Virus record (IMG/VR): IMGVR_UViG_3300045996_002572
Span: 10,298 to 74,297 of that record
Source: a virus
Direction: 5' to 3' (one strand)
Length of the DNA: 64,000 nucleotides
Part shown: positions 9,307 through 17,484 of the stretch, one piece after another
How positions within the stretch are numbered: the stretch's first letter is position 1
How the letters are laid out: every line of letters begins with the position of its first letter
Notes under the pieces: model-generated
What the model saw: only the letters and a program-made list of their open reading frames with translations
Databases searched by the model: none
Told to the model about the DNA's origin: nothing
Position numbers and translations under genes: made by a program

Positions 9307-9947
9307 AATGCACGGGGCTCCCACCCGCTGCCCGGGATCGCCGGTCTGTCCCGCCCGCTGACTGCCAGGCTTCACCGCAGAGGGGAACGGCTGCGGCTCG
9401 CTGTCCCGAGGGAGCGAGGCCTCATCGCGAGGTCCAAGCACCTCGACTCCAGCGGTTCGCGGTGGCCGGTGCGAGGAGGGCGACTCACGAAATAGCGGTG
9501 CCCCATCAAGAGGCTCCAGGCGGACATCGAAGCAGATGTCGGGCTTCCACCGACCGCGGGGCGCTACCCCCTCTGCGCTATCGCCCGAAGCCACCCCCGC
9601 TGGCGCGCTCGCAAGTACAACTGTCGCCAGCGTCTCCCTCTCGCCCCCGGGCTGGGGCAACCTCCCGAGCGGGGCTTGGGCCCCGTACGAAACGATAGAT
9701 GCTCCGGACGGCTCGCTTACAGGCTCTGCGGAGTCGGGCCGGGCGGCCTGAGCCATCGAGCGAGCCTCACTCCCTGAGGTTGCAGGGGCCGTGGCGCCGT
9801 AGCTCGCCACGGGATGTACACCGCGATTGCCGAAGCCGCGGTTGTCGGTCAAGGCAGAGAGACGGGCGCCGACCCGGTCATGGGCCGTAGCCCGCGCAAG
9901 CTCCAAACTCCGGAGGTCCGGGTCCGTGTCGACGATCACGGGGCGGT

Positions 9948-10163
9948 TCACGGGCGAACCTCCTCAAGGCGGAAGGTTCCGTAGCGCACCACCGGATTCC
10001 GAGCGGCCCAGGCAGCAGCGTCCCGGTTCTTGGTCTTGACCAGGATCTCGGCGCCCTCTCGGGTGTGGCTCACTGAGCCAAGGTCGACCCAGGGACCGGA
10101 GTTGTCGACCCGAACAGCGGCGATGACCACCGCGCCTTCGATCGGCTGAGTGATCGCGCTCAC
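9948..10163 (-). CDS. Hypothetical protein
   Basis: Coupled small ORF with GGAGG RBS. Confidence 0.6.
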   Translation of the reverse strand: MSAITQPIEGAVVIAAVRVDNSGPWVDLGSVSHTREGAEILVKTKNRDAAAWAARNPVVRYGTFRLEEVRP

Positions 10164-10384
10164 GGGCGGACCTCCCAGAGGCCAAGGCTCCCGATCTGCC
10201 GGATCTGTTTGTCGGTCAAGCCGCCGATGAAGGCGGTGTCATCCCTCTGGTTCCCGGCCCCACGACGAAGCGTCCAGCTCCAGGCCCCGGCGCTTGAGCG
10301 CTCGCGAACGAGGGTCACCGGTTGGCCGTAGATGTTTCGCCCGAGGTCGTATTCGACGCGGCTCGGCATCGGCGCGGTACTCAC
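10160..10384 (-). CDS. Hypothetical protein
   Basis: Coupled small ORF with GGAGG RBS and GTG start. Confidence 0.55.
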   Translation of the reverse strand: MSTAPMPSRVEYDLGRNIYGQPVTLVRERSSAGAWSWTLRRGAGNQRDDTAFIGGLTDKQIRQIGSLGLWEVRP

Positions 10385-10593
10385 GGGCGAGCCTCCATCT
10401 CCGGGAACAGCGGCAGCGTTAAGCCGTAGAGCCAGACCTCGGCCGCCGTGATCGCCACCGGGCGGCGAGCTACGGACGGAGCCGTCTTGCAGTGCTTCGC
10501 TAGCCCGTGCCCCTGGACGCAGACCAGCACTCCAGACCGACCAGGACGGGGGATCTGCGGGAACCCGCAAGCAGGACAGGCCGGGGCGCTCAC
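10381..10593 (-). CDS. Small putative zinc-finger protein
   Basis: CPAC...CVQGH; GTGA coupling. Confidence 0.5.
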   Translation of the reverse strand: MSAPACPACGFPQIPRPGRSGVLVCVQGHGLAKHCKTAPSVARRPVAITAAEVWLYGLTLPLFPEMEARP

Positions 10594-10724
10594 CGGCTGC
10601 TCCTCAGCCAGAAGGGGCGGCGGAGGGCGGCGAGCAGGCCACGGCGGCGGGCCCGGTCCAGGAAGGTCCAGGTGGACTCGACCAGGGGCACCATGGGGTG
10701 CCACCACGCCGTCGGCTCTTCACC

Positions 10725-10818
10725 CGCATTGGCACTGGCGAGCCACCTCACGCCGCCACCCCGTATTGCCCTTCGCCCGGCCGTCGACCGTCTTGGCGCA
10801 TTGGCACTGGCGAGCCAC
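10725..10818. repeat. Perfect 22-bp direct repeat pair
   Basis: CGCATTGGCACTGGCGAGCCAC at 10725-10746 and 10797-10818. Confidence 0.9.
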
Positions 10819-11083
10819 GCAACGCCTCTTGAAGTGCAAGGCGGTCGTAGAGGTAGGGAGCGTCGATCGACCGGTTCCCGTCACACCGGGGGCACTCAAC
10901 CGGGTCTTGGTCGTAGATCCCCGAGCGGTCCTGGTAGATCGCGGTCCCGGTGGAGACGCCGCGCACTTTGCAGTCGGGGCAGTCGATGCACTCAGCCGCC
11001 GGATCGGCACCGCAGCGCGGGCAGGAGGTGGCGCTGGCCTCAACATCGCCGCAACACGAGGAGCAAAAGAGGAGGGCGCTCAC
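10748..11083 (-). CDS. Cys-rich zinc-ribbon protein
   Basis: CSSC, CPRC, CPDC, CPRCDG motifs. Confidence 0.65.
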   Translation of the reverse strand: MSALLFCSSCCGDVEASATSCPRCGADPAAECIDCPDCKVRGVSTGTAIYQDRSGIYDQDPVECPRCDGNRSIDAPYLYDRLALQEALRGSPVPMRQDGRRPGEGQYGVAA

Positions 11084-11628
11084 CGGCGGCCCCCGATCTT
11101 GAGGGCAGCCTCGACTGCATGGAGCTCGGCCGAGCTCGCCTGCCGGAGCCGGCGGCGGATGACCGTGAGCCGGATCGACTTGTCACGAGCCGGAGTCGTC
11201 TTACCGCGTCCGAGCTCGGCCACGTCGCTGGCGTCGAGGTCTACGCCGAGAGCGCTGAGCTTGCCCGCGTATTTCGGGGTCGGGCGCTGGACGTCCCGCT
11301 CCCAAGCTCCCAAGGTCTGGACCGAGCAGCCGACCCGGACGGCGAAGACCTTCGTAGGCAGCTCGCCCCGGACGGCCCGGATCCGCTCTCCCGTGGAGGG
11401 CCGGCCCGGGACCATGGTGTCCGAGGTCACCGAGCAGCCCTCCCGGTGGAACTGGTAGGCGCCGCATTCCTCGCAGGGTGGCAAGGTCAGGCGGCGGACC
11501 TCGATGGGCTCGCGGACCCTGACCACCCGGATGGAGTTGCGGAGGTTGTCGAGCACCTCGCGGGCGGCGGAGCGGTTCGCTTCCGGCCCGAACTCGACCC
11601 GACCGACGGGGATCGCCGAGCCGCTCAC
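11080..11628 (-). CDS. XRE-family HTH protein with CxxC/HxxxC motif
   Basis: GERIRAVR...FAVRVGCSVQTLGAWERDVQRP. Confidence 0.75.
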   Translation of the reverse strand: MSGSAIPVGRVEFGPEANRSAAREVLDNLRNSIRVVRVREPIEVRRLTLPPCEECGAYQFHREGCSVTSDTMVPGRPSTGERIRAVRGELPTKVFAVRVGCSVQTLGAWERDVQRPTPKYAGKLSALGVDLDASDVAELGRGKTTPARDKSIRLTVIRRRLRQASSAELHAVEAALKIGGRR

Positions 11629-11879
11629 TGCAAGCTCTCCAGCATCTCGGCATGGGCCTCGTCACTCGCAAGGCACCAGACGTTGCGCCGCAGGTTCACC
11701 CACCAGGCGATCTCCGCCTTGCGGTCGACCTCGGTGGGCCGGAGCAACTGCCCGTCCGTTGAGGCCGCCGCCTGCTCGATGATCCGGAGATCGGACTCGG
11801 TCAGCGCCGGCTCAGGGTTCGGACCCTGCAGGGGGGCGAGATCCTGCGGCCATACTCGGGAGAGGGTCGCGAGGATCAT
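11625..11879 (-). CDS. Hypothetical protein
   Basis: ATGA-coupled to cro. Confidence 0.55.
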   Translation of the reverse strand: MILATLSRVWPQDLAPLQGPNPEPALTESDLRIIEQAAASTDGQLLRPTEVDRKAEIAWWVNLRRNVWCLASDEAHAEMLESLQ

Positions 11880-12091
11880 GCGGACCTCCGGGCCCAGCTG
11901 CCGGCCGGCACCTTGGTCACGGCCTCAAGCCGGGCGGCGAGATCCAGCGAGGGCTTGTCGTGCCCGTTCAGAACGTTGCAGAGGTGTACCCGCGATACGC
12001 CCAGCTCGCGGGCGAGGCTGGTTTGGGAGCGCCGTACCTTCTTGAGAAAGGTCCGCACTCTCTCGGGAGCGTCGATCTCGTGAGGTGCCAT
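11876..12091 (-). CDS. Cro-like HTH regulator
   Basis: SQTSLARELGVSRVHLCNVLNGHDKPS; first gene of early operon, divergent from repressor. Confidence 0.85.
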   Translation of the reverse strand: MAPHEIDAPERVRTFLKKVRRSQTSLARELGVSRVHLCNVLNGHDKPSLDLAARLEAVTKVPAGSWARRSA

Positions 12092-12098
12092 TGGGCAT

Positions 12099-12183
12099 AA
12101 TGTAGGACTGATCCAACCTGTTGTCAAGCCCCAACTAGGCCTGATGCGGCCTCTTGTGTATGACCACTCCAACCTGTTAGGCT
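12099..12183. promoter_or_regulatory. Divergent cro/cI promoters with repeated operator
   Basis: Minus strand TTGACA(12127-12122)-17 nt-TACATT; plus strand extended -10 TGnTAGGCT (12175-12183); TCCAACCTGTT at 12112-12122 and 12168-12178. Confidence 0.75.
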
Positions 12184-12191
12184 TCCCGGCC

Positions 12192-12608
12192 ATGCCTCCT
12201 CTGGAGACACTTGGCCCGGCGTTGCGCGCGCTTAGGGAAGCCGCTGGCCTTTCGCAGGACCAGGTCGCGGCGGCTATGGGTGCGGGCCAAAGGCAGGTCA
12301 GCAGGTACGAGGCCGGCGACGCCGACCCGCGCACCCGCACTTTGCTGCGGTTCCTTGATGCCGTGGGCTCAGATCTCGCGGAGCTTCAACGCGCCATGGA
12401 GGGACAATCCATACAGCCTCGCGGCGGAGGTCATGGTCAGGCAGGTAGCGGGGGCGGACAGGAGATAGACGGCTCGACCGCGGCCCGCAGCCTTCAGGCC
12501 TTGGCGGAGGCGTTGGCGCGTCCCCCGGTCACGGAGGAGCGGCTGAGGGAGATCGTGAAGGAAGAAGTGGCGCGCCAGCTACCGCCGAGCGCCAGCGCGT
12601 CGAAGTGA
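12192..12608 (+). CDS. CI-like XRE repressor lacking an S24 autocleavage domain
   Basis: LRALREAAGLSQDQVA...QVSRYEAGDADP HTH, then Gly-rich linker and short helices. Confidence 0.85.
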   Translation: MPPLETLGPALRALREAAGLSQDQVAAAMGAGQRQVSRYEAGDADPRTRTLLRFLDAVGSDLAELQRAMEGQSIQPRGGGHGQAGSGGGQEIDGSTAARSLQALAEALARPPVTEERLREIVKEEVARQLPPSASASK

Positions 12609-13703
12609 CGCCCCGGCCCTCAGGAGACAGTCGGCGGCGCGGTATTCGAACTGGGCAGCGGCCGCCCTCCGGAGAAGGCGAGCCGCTATTGCTTCGGACG
12701 GGATTGCCGCCCCCTCGAAGGCCGACTCGACCAGCGCCGCGGAGTGCTCCGCCTCGCTCGATCGGCCGAGCACCACTAAGAGATGCGACAGTTCGAGGCC
12801 TACGAACGCAGCCTCGTACCAGACGCGGGCCGCAAGGTAGCCGTCTAGCGCGCCGCGCAGCTTCAGTTCCGCCAGGGCGGAGCAGCCCAGCTCTCGTGCC
12901 ACCCGGCCGTGAATCCACAGACGCCGCAGAGCGAGCAGATGATCGCCCACCTCTTTGTAGAGCGACTCGGCGCCGTCCAGGGCGACCAAGGCATCGGCAG
13001 GCCTCTTGCCGTCGAGTAGATACTCGGCCAGATTGTGCGCCGCCGCTAGCATCAGGCGCGGATCCCGGTGTCGATCGATTAGCGGCATGGCCTCGGTCAA
13101 AGAGTCGACCGCATCGCGATGGTTCCCCAGCTCGTTTTCGGCCACGGACCGGCGCACCAAGGAGAACGCGAGCGCGTGTGGGTTATCCTGCGACCGCCGC
13201 ACGGCCACGACGCCGTTGAGCAGTCGGAGCGCCGAGCGCAACCGACGCTGCCGGAGATAGATCGCCGCGCGCTCTTCTCGGAGGTTTGCTGCGACCACCG
13301 GAGAGCCGGTGCCGCTGAGCGCGAAGCGCATAGCCGCGTCGATAGCGGAGTGAGCGGCCGAGAAGTCGCCAGCCACCCTCAGGCCGGCACCGAACGCTCG
13401 ATGGGCATCGGCCGCCAGATCCGAGATTTCGGGGCGCTGATCAAGGCGGGACAGGGCATCGGCGGACGCTGCTGCAGTACGAGCAAGCTGCAGCATCCGA
13501 GCGGGCTCCACGAACCGCGCAGCGAAGCTTTCGGCGATCAGGGAGGAGATCACCTCTGGCCGCTGGCAGCGAGTAGAGCTAGCGAGAGCCAGACTTGTCC
13601 CCCGTGGGACGCGGCGAACGGCGAACTGCATGATGGCGCGGAGTCTATCACGAAGCGGTGAAAAGCGGCGAGGCTCCGCCTGGTGAAAATGGCGGAGCCC
13701 CAT
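12579..13703 (-). CDS. TPR-like all-helical repeat protein with no evident HTH (start may be ATG 13633)
   Basis: Repeated A/G/L helical pairs: AHRAFGAGLRVAGDFSAA, AAAHNLAEYLLDGKRPADAL, LWIHGRVARELG, YEAAFVGLELSHLL. Confidence 0.8.
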   Translation of the reverse strand: MGLRHFHQAEPRRFSPLRDRLRAIMQFAVRRVPRGTSLALASSTRCQRPEVISSLIAESFAARFVEPARMLQLARTAAASADALSRLDQRPEISDLAADAHRAFGAGLRVAGDFSAAHSAIDAAMRFALSGTGSPVVAANLREERAAIYLRQRRLRSALRLLNGVVAVRRSQDNPHALAFSLVRRSVAENELGNHRDAVDSLTEAMPLIDRHRDPRLMLAAAHNLAEYLLDGKRPADALVALDGAESLYKEVGDHLLALRRLWIHGRVARELGCSALAELKLRGALDGYLAARVWYEAAFVGLELSHLLVVLGRSSEAEHSAALVESAFEGAAIPSEAIAARLLRRAAAAQFEYRAADCLLRAGASLRRAGARR

Positions 13704-13712
13704 CGTGTCGGC

Positions 13713-14075
13713 TTAGGGCTGCTTGGGGCAGAGAATGCCGCCCGGATCGATCGCGCAGCCGGTGTCCCCGCCGCCGCTCTGCGTGGTCGAGCCTCCGCCC
13801 GCACCCGAGGTGCCGCCGCTGCCGTCTGCCGGCGGCGTGGTCTCTGCCCCGGTGACGTAGGTCCAGAAACTGGAGAGAGCATCAGAGAGCAGGTTCCAGA
13901 TGGAATCAGCAGCCACACTTGTGTCCGCGGCGAGCAGCGGTGAACCGATCCCCGCCAGCGCGACACAGATGACCAGGGCGCCGGCAAGTGATCGGCGCGA
14001 GCGCGCTCCAGACGGGTCGACACCAGATCCACAGGGCTTGAGCTTCGGCATCCGGGTCGTGCTAGACTTTTTCAT
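13713..14075 (-). CDS. Small secreted pro-peptide with C-terminal GCAIDPGG motif
   Basis: GGGAGGGAG RBS; basic n-region and hydrophobic h-region ending LLA-A; Gly/Ser/Thr linker; C-terminal GDTGCAIDPGGILC. Confidence 0.75.
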   Translation of the reverse strand: MKKSSTTRMPKLKPCGSGVDPSGARSRRSLAGALVICVALAGIGSPLLAADTSVAADSIWNLLSDALSSFWTYVTGAETTPPADGSGGTSGAGGGSTTQSGGGDTGCAIDPGGILCPKQP

Positions 14076-14206
14076 CAGAGTCTCCCTCCCCCGCAGACGC
14101 ACACCTCCCCTGCCATAGGGGACCGGCTCGCGGGGGTCATGCAGTCGATTGTACGGTGCTCAACCGCGTCCGCGACGTGACAACATTATTTTCCGGAGAC
14201 ATCGCA

Positions 14207-14740
14207 ATGTTGCAATTCCGCCATGTTGTCGTGTCAGGAGCACTCCTGCTATGTGCGATGGGGTGCGGAGATGGCGAGGAGGTGGATGTCTCGCCCCTGC
14301 CGCAGCTCCAGCAGGTGAAGGCCGCGCAGGCGAAGGCAGCCGCTCCCGCGGTGCTTCCCGGGGTGCGTCTCGCCGAGGTCCGGCGGCTGCTCACAGACAG
14401 TTACACCGCCTGCTTGAAAGCAGTCGAGGCCACGGACGTTTGCTGGGACATCCTCGGCGCGAAGCTCGTCTTCGAGCACTGCATGAAGGATCGCGACCAG
14501 GTGCGGGCCGACCACGATCTGGCAGCGAGCGAAGCCGCGACGCTGATCCGGGATTTCTCCGGGGCCGCCCGCGATCCTCTCGTTCGGCTCGCCGCACTCG
14601 AGAGCCGGATGTGCCGCCTTGCCACGGATCCAGAGGGCGAAACGCTCGTCTCCTATCGGCAGAAGCGGACAGGATTGGAAGACGAGCGCAGGGGGTTAGA
14701 GGCCGAGCTGGACATCCTGGGATCGGGGGTGGCGCCGTGA
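14207..14740 (+). CDS. Putative lipoprotein
   Basis: Signal peptide ending LLLCAMG-C; helical body. Confidence 0.65.
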   Translation: MLQFRHVVVSGALLLCAMGCGDGEEVDVSPLPQLQQVKAAQAKAAAPAVLPGVRLAEVRRLLTDSYTACLKAVEATDVCWDILGAKLVFEHCMKDRDQVRADHDLAASEAATLIRDFSGAARDPLVRLAALESRMCRLATDPEGETLVSYRQKRTGLEDERRGLEAELDILGSGVAP

Positions 14741-15375
14741 CGAGGTGGTTTGTCGTGCTGTTGCTCCTGCTGCCGTCGGCGGCCCAGGGTGGCTGGATTG
14801 TGCTCCGCAACGGAACCTCCATCGAAACGAAGGGTGTCTGGGTGGCCTCAAAGACCCACGTCGCCTACTACGACCCCAAGACCGGCAAGGCGAACGTCGT
14901 CCCCGTAGGCTTCGTAGATCTTGAAAAGAGCCGGGCAGCGACCAAGGCGGGCTCTCCTCCCCCAGCGCCCGCTCGAGAGAAGGTCGTCATCACAGATGCA
15001 GACGTAGGAAACTACCCGGCCGCGGTCGCGGCGGCGCTCGCTCGCTTCAATGATGCCGTGGCCGCCGACAACATCGCCGCAGCTCTGGCGGCGCTAGACG
15101 AGATGGTGAAGGCCGGCGGAGCGAGCCTTAGGCTCAACATGGTCGCGGAGCGCTGCGCTATCTCGTATGCGAATCCTCAAGCGCAAGCTCTTTGCCGAGT
15201 CGGCCGCCCGGTTCCTACCTACATGGCTGGCGAATACGATCCTGCAGCTCAGGCTAAAGCGGACCTCCTAGGCGTCAGAGAGGCCTATTTGAGCTGCTAT
15301 GAATCGTCGAGCGTACCGATGGAGCGTAGGAAGTGTATCGAGCGGGTGCGACGGGAATCAGGAGGCGCACCGTGA
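14737..15375 (+). CDS. Secreted hypothetical protein
   Basis: GTGA-coupled; signal peptide VVLLLLLPSAAQG; small beta domain WIVLRNGTSIETKG...VDLEKS; paired cysteines. Confidence 0.65.
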   Translation: MTRWFVVLLLLLPSAAQGGWIVLRNGTSIETKGVWVASKTHVAYYDPKTGKANVVPVGFVDLEKSRAATKAGSPPPAPAREKVVITDADVGNYPAAVAAALARFNDAVAADNIAAALAALDEMVKAGGASLRLNMVAERCAISYANPQAQALCRVGRPVPTYMAGEYDPAAQAKADLLGVREAYLSCYESSSVPMERRKCIERVRRESGGAP

Positions 15376-15378
15376 CTC

Positions 15379-17484
15379 TCAGCCGCCGTACGGCGCCACC
15401 AGCCACGTCGGTACGGCTGCGTACCGGTCGGGGAACGCATTGACCGTGGCCTTGTGCATCGCCGCGTAGTACTCGTCCGCTCGCGGCAGGCCCCAGCTCA
15501 CCGCCGCAGCGAGGGCCGCCTGAGCGATGGCCTGGTAATGCTGCGGGTCGCGCGGGTTGAAGACCCCCGGGTCCGGCGGCCGGACGAAGCGGACGAGCGT
15601 TTCCCAATCCCGGATCCGCCCGCCGACCTTGAGCTCCCCGGGAAGGTCGTAGGGAGTGCAGTTCGGCTCCAAGACCCCGAAGGTGGCGCACCGGCCGAGC
15701 AGGTTGCCGACGATCCACGTGCCCACCTGCCGGACGAGCTCCGCCGGCAGTGCCCCCATGCGCTCGATCCACGGCAGCGTGGCGGCGTACATGTCCTCCT
15801 GCCAGCTCCGGTAGAAGGAGGCGAGAGCAGTAATACCGGCCTTGGTGTACCGGTCCATGGTGTCGGTATTGCGCCCGATGATCCCGAGCGGCGAGGTGGG
15901 CGCCTCGACCTCCATGTACCAGCGGAAGCTCCGCTCCAGCACTGCCGAGAAGAACTTCTTCGCCGGCTCCTCCCAGTGGGGCGCAAAGGCTGCCGTGACG
16001 GCGATCGTCCTGACGACCCATGCCTCGGCTCGGGTGGTGCCATGGGCAGGGCCGATCAGTCCGAGAGACTCCTTGCGGTACTTCCAATTCCGGGCGTAGA
16101 GGTTGAAGTGGGAGAGCATCACGAGCCCGGTGTGGTATTGCTGGAATCCGGTCAGGAGCCAGGGGCCGAGGCCGAGCGCCGGCTGGTGCTCACTGTCCAG
16201 CCTGTAGACATCGGAGTAGGCCACGGGGGGGAGGCGGTCTGCGGCCGGCACGTTGTCGCCCGGGTTTGAGAGCGTCGCCCGTGGGTGCTGCTCGATCGAG
16301 TAGGGGTCGTCGGTCACTGGGTCGCGCAAGGCGGCGCCGAACAGGCCCAGCGCCTCGCCAGCCTTGAGGGACACCGGGAAGAGCCGCGGGTCGCCGGTCA
16401 GCAGGAGCAGCACATCCCAGCCGGGCAGCGGCCCGATATCTTTTCGGCCGCCCGGCGTCCCCATCGCGGGAAGCACCAGGCCATGGGGCTTGGCATTGCT
16501 CTCGGCCACGAGGTCAAGAATGGTCTTCTCGGAGACCGGCGCCGGCAGGGCGGCATAGTTCGGGATGGCGCCGGCCGCCTTCCACCGGGCGAGGTCTGGC
16601 GCCACGAAGCCCAGCTTGTCGGGATGGCTGTGGAAGATCCGCCGCTCTCGGTAGGGCAGCGACACGGCACCGCCGCCGGCGACCGTGCCCCCGATCGTCA
16701 GCTCCCAGGTGCAGGCGACGGTTCCCGGCAGAACGTCCAGCGTGGCCAGGCTGTTGTCGATCGACACGCACCAGGTGGAGGAGCCGTCCGGGTAGTGGCG
16801 CAAGGTCACCTCGCCACACAGCTTGCCGGCTTGCCAGGTGAAGTCCCGCAGGCAGATGTCGGGGCCGTGAACGAGCCGCCGGAGTTGCCCCTGAACCTCT
16901 CGCCCGTCGATTCGGAAGAACGTTCCGACCGGCATCGTCGCGGATCGCGGATCGGGGACCGCCAGCGCTTCGATGGTGAGGTGTCCTTGAGCTGCCTCGG
17001 CAGAGAGCAGGGCGTGGCGCACGCTCCCGTCCGGCCAGTAGGAATAGGCGATCAGGGTCGCGGGGGCCTCCCCGGCGAAGAGGCGGTCGACCTCGCGGAC
17101 CTCCCCCTGCCGGAAGAAGTGCCCGAAGCTAACGTAGGTCGCCGAGCCCGGGTGCATCGTAACCTCGCCGACAACGCGCCTCTCCGGCTCCGGATTACCC
17201 CCGCCACGCTGGCACTCCCCGATCTGTGCCTCCAGCTCTGCCACCCGGGCGAGGGCCGCACCGAGGCGCTCCTCTGCCGCAGCAAGCAGCGCCTGCTTTT
17301 CGGCCACCGCGGCCTCGAGCCACGTCTCCCGCTCAACGGCTTCCGCAAGATCGGCCGCCAATCGGACCCGCTCTCCTTCCACCCGTCGCACCTCATCTTG
17401 TGCAGCGGCAAGGGATCCGAGGTCGGCTTGCCACTGCACAGCAGCAGCTTCCACGGAGGAGGCGAGGAGGTCCGGCGTGGTCAT
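15379..17484 (-). CDS. Coiled-coil plus beta-barrel and alpha/alpha toroid protein, distantly PcRGLX/YetA-like
   Basis: N-terminal heptads; WPDGSVRHALLS, GGRKDIGPLPGW and DSEHQP...WLLTG motifs. Confidence 0.6.
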   Translation of the reverse strand: MTTPDLLASSVEAAAVQWQADLGSLAAAQDEVRRVEGERVRLAADLAEAVERETWLEAAVAEKQALLAAAEERLGAALARVAELEAQIGECQRGGGNPEPERRVVGEVTMHPGSATYVSFGHFFRQGEVREVDRLFAGEAPATLIAYSYWPDGSVRHALLSAEAAQGHLTIEALAVPDPRSATMPVGTFFRIDGREVQGQLRRLVHGPDICLRDFTWQAGKLCGEVTLRHYPDGSSTWCVSIDNSLATLDVLPGTVACTWELTIGGTVAGGGAVSLPYRERRIFHSHPDKLGFVAPDLARWKAAGAIPNYAALPAPVSEKTILDLVAESNAKPHGLVLPAMGTPGGRKDIGPLPGWDVLLLLTGDPRLFPVSLKAGEALGLFGAALRDPVTDDPYSIEQHPRATLSNPGDNVPAADRLPPVAYSDVYRLDSEHQPALGLGPWLLTGFQQYHTGLVMLSHFNLYARNWKYRKESLGLIGPAHGTTRAEAWVVRTIAVTAAFAPHWEEPAKKFFSAVLERSFRWYMEVEAPTSPLGIIGRNTDTMDRYTKAGITALASFYRSWQEDMYAATLPWIERMGALPAELVRQVGTWIVGNLLGRCATFGVLEPNCTPYDLPGELKVGGRIRDWETLVRFVRPPDPGVFNPRDPQHYQAIAQAALAAAVSWGLPRADEYYAAMHKATVNAFPDRYAAVPTWLVAPYGG

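Noticed and set aside
9001-9951. 316-aa ORF listed as a plain CDS
   Set aside because: Central part is non-protein-like and overlaps a full tRNA and hairpin-rich sequence; kept only as a finding
10725-10818. Mini CRISPR array
   Set aside because: Only two repeats, 50-bp spacer, inside coding sequence, no leader and no cas genes
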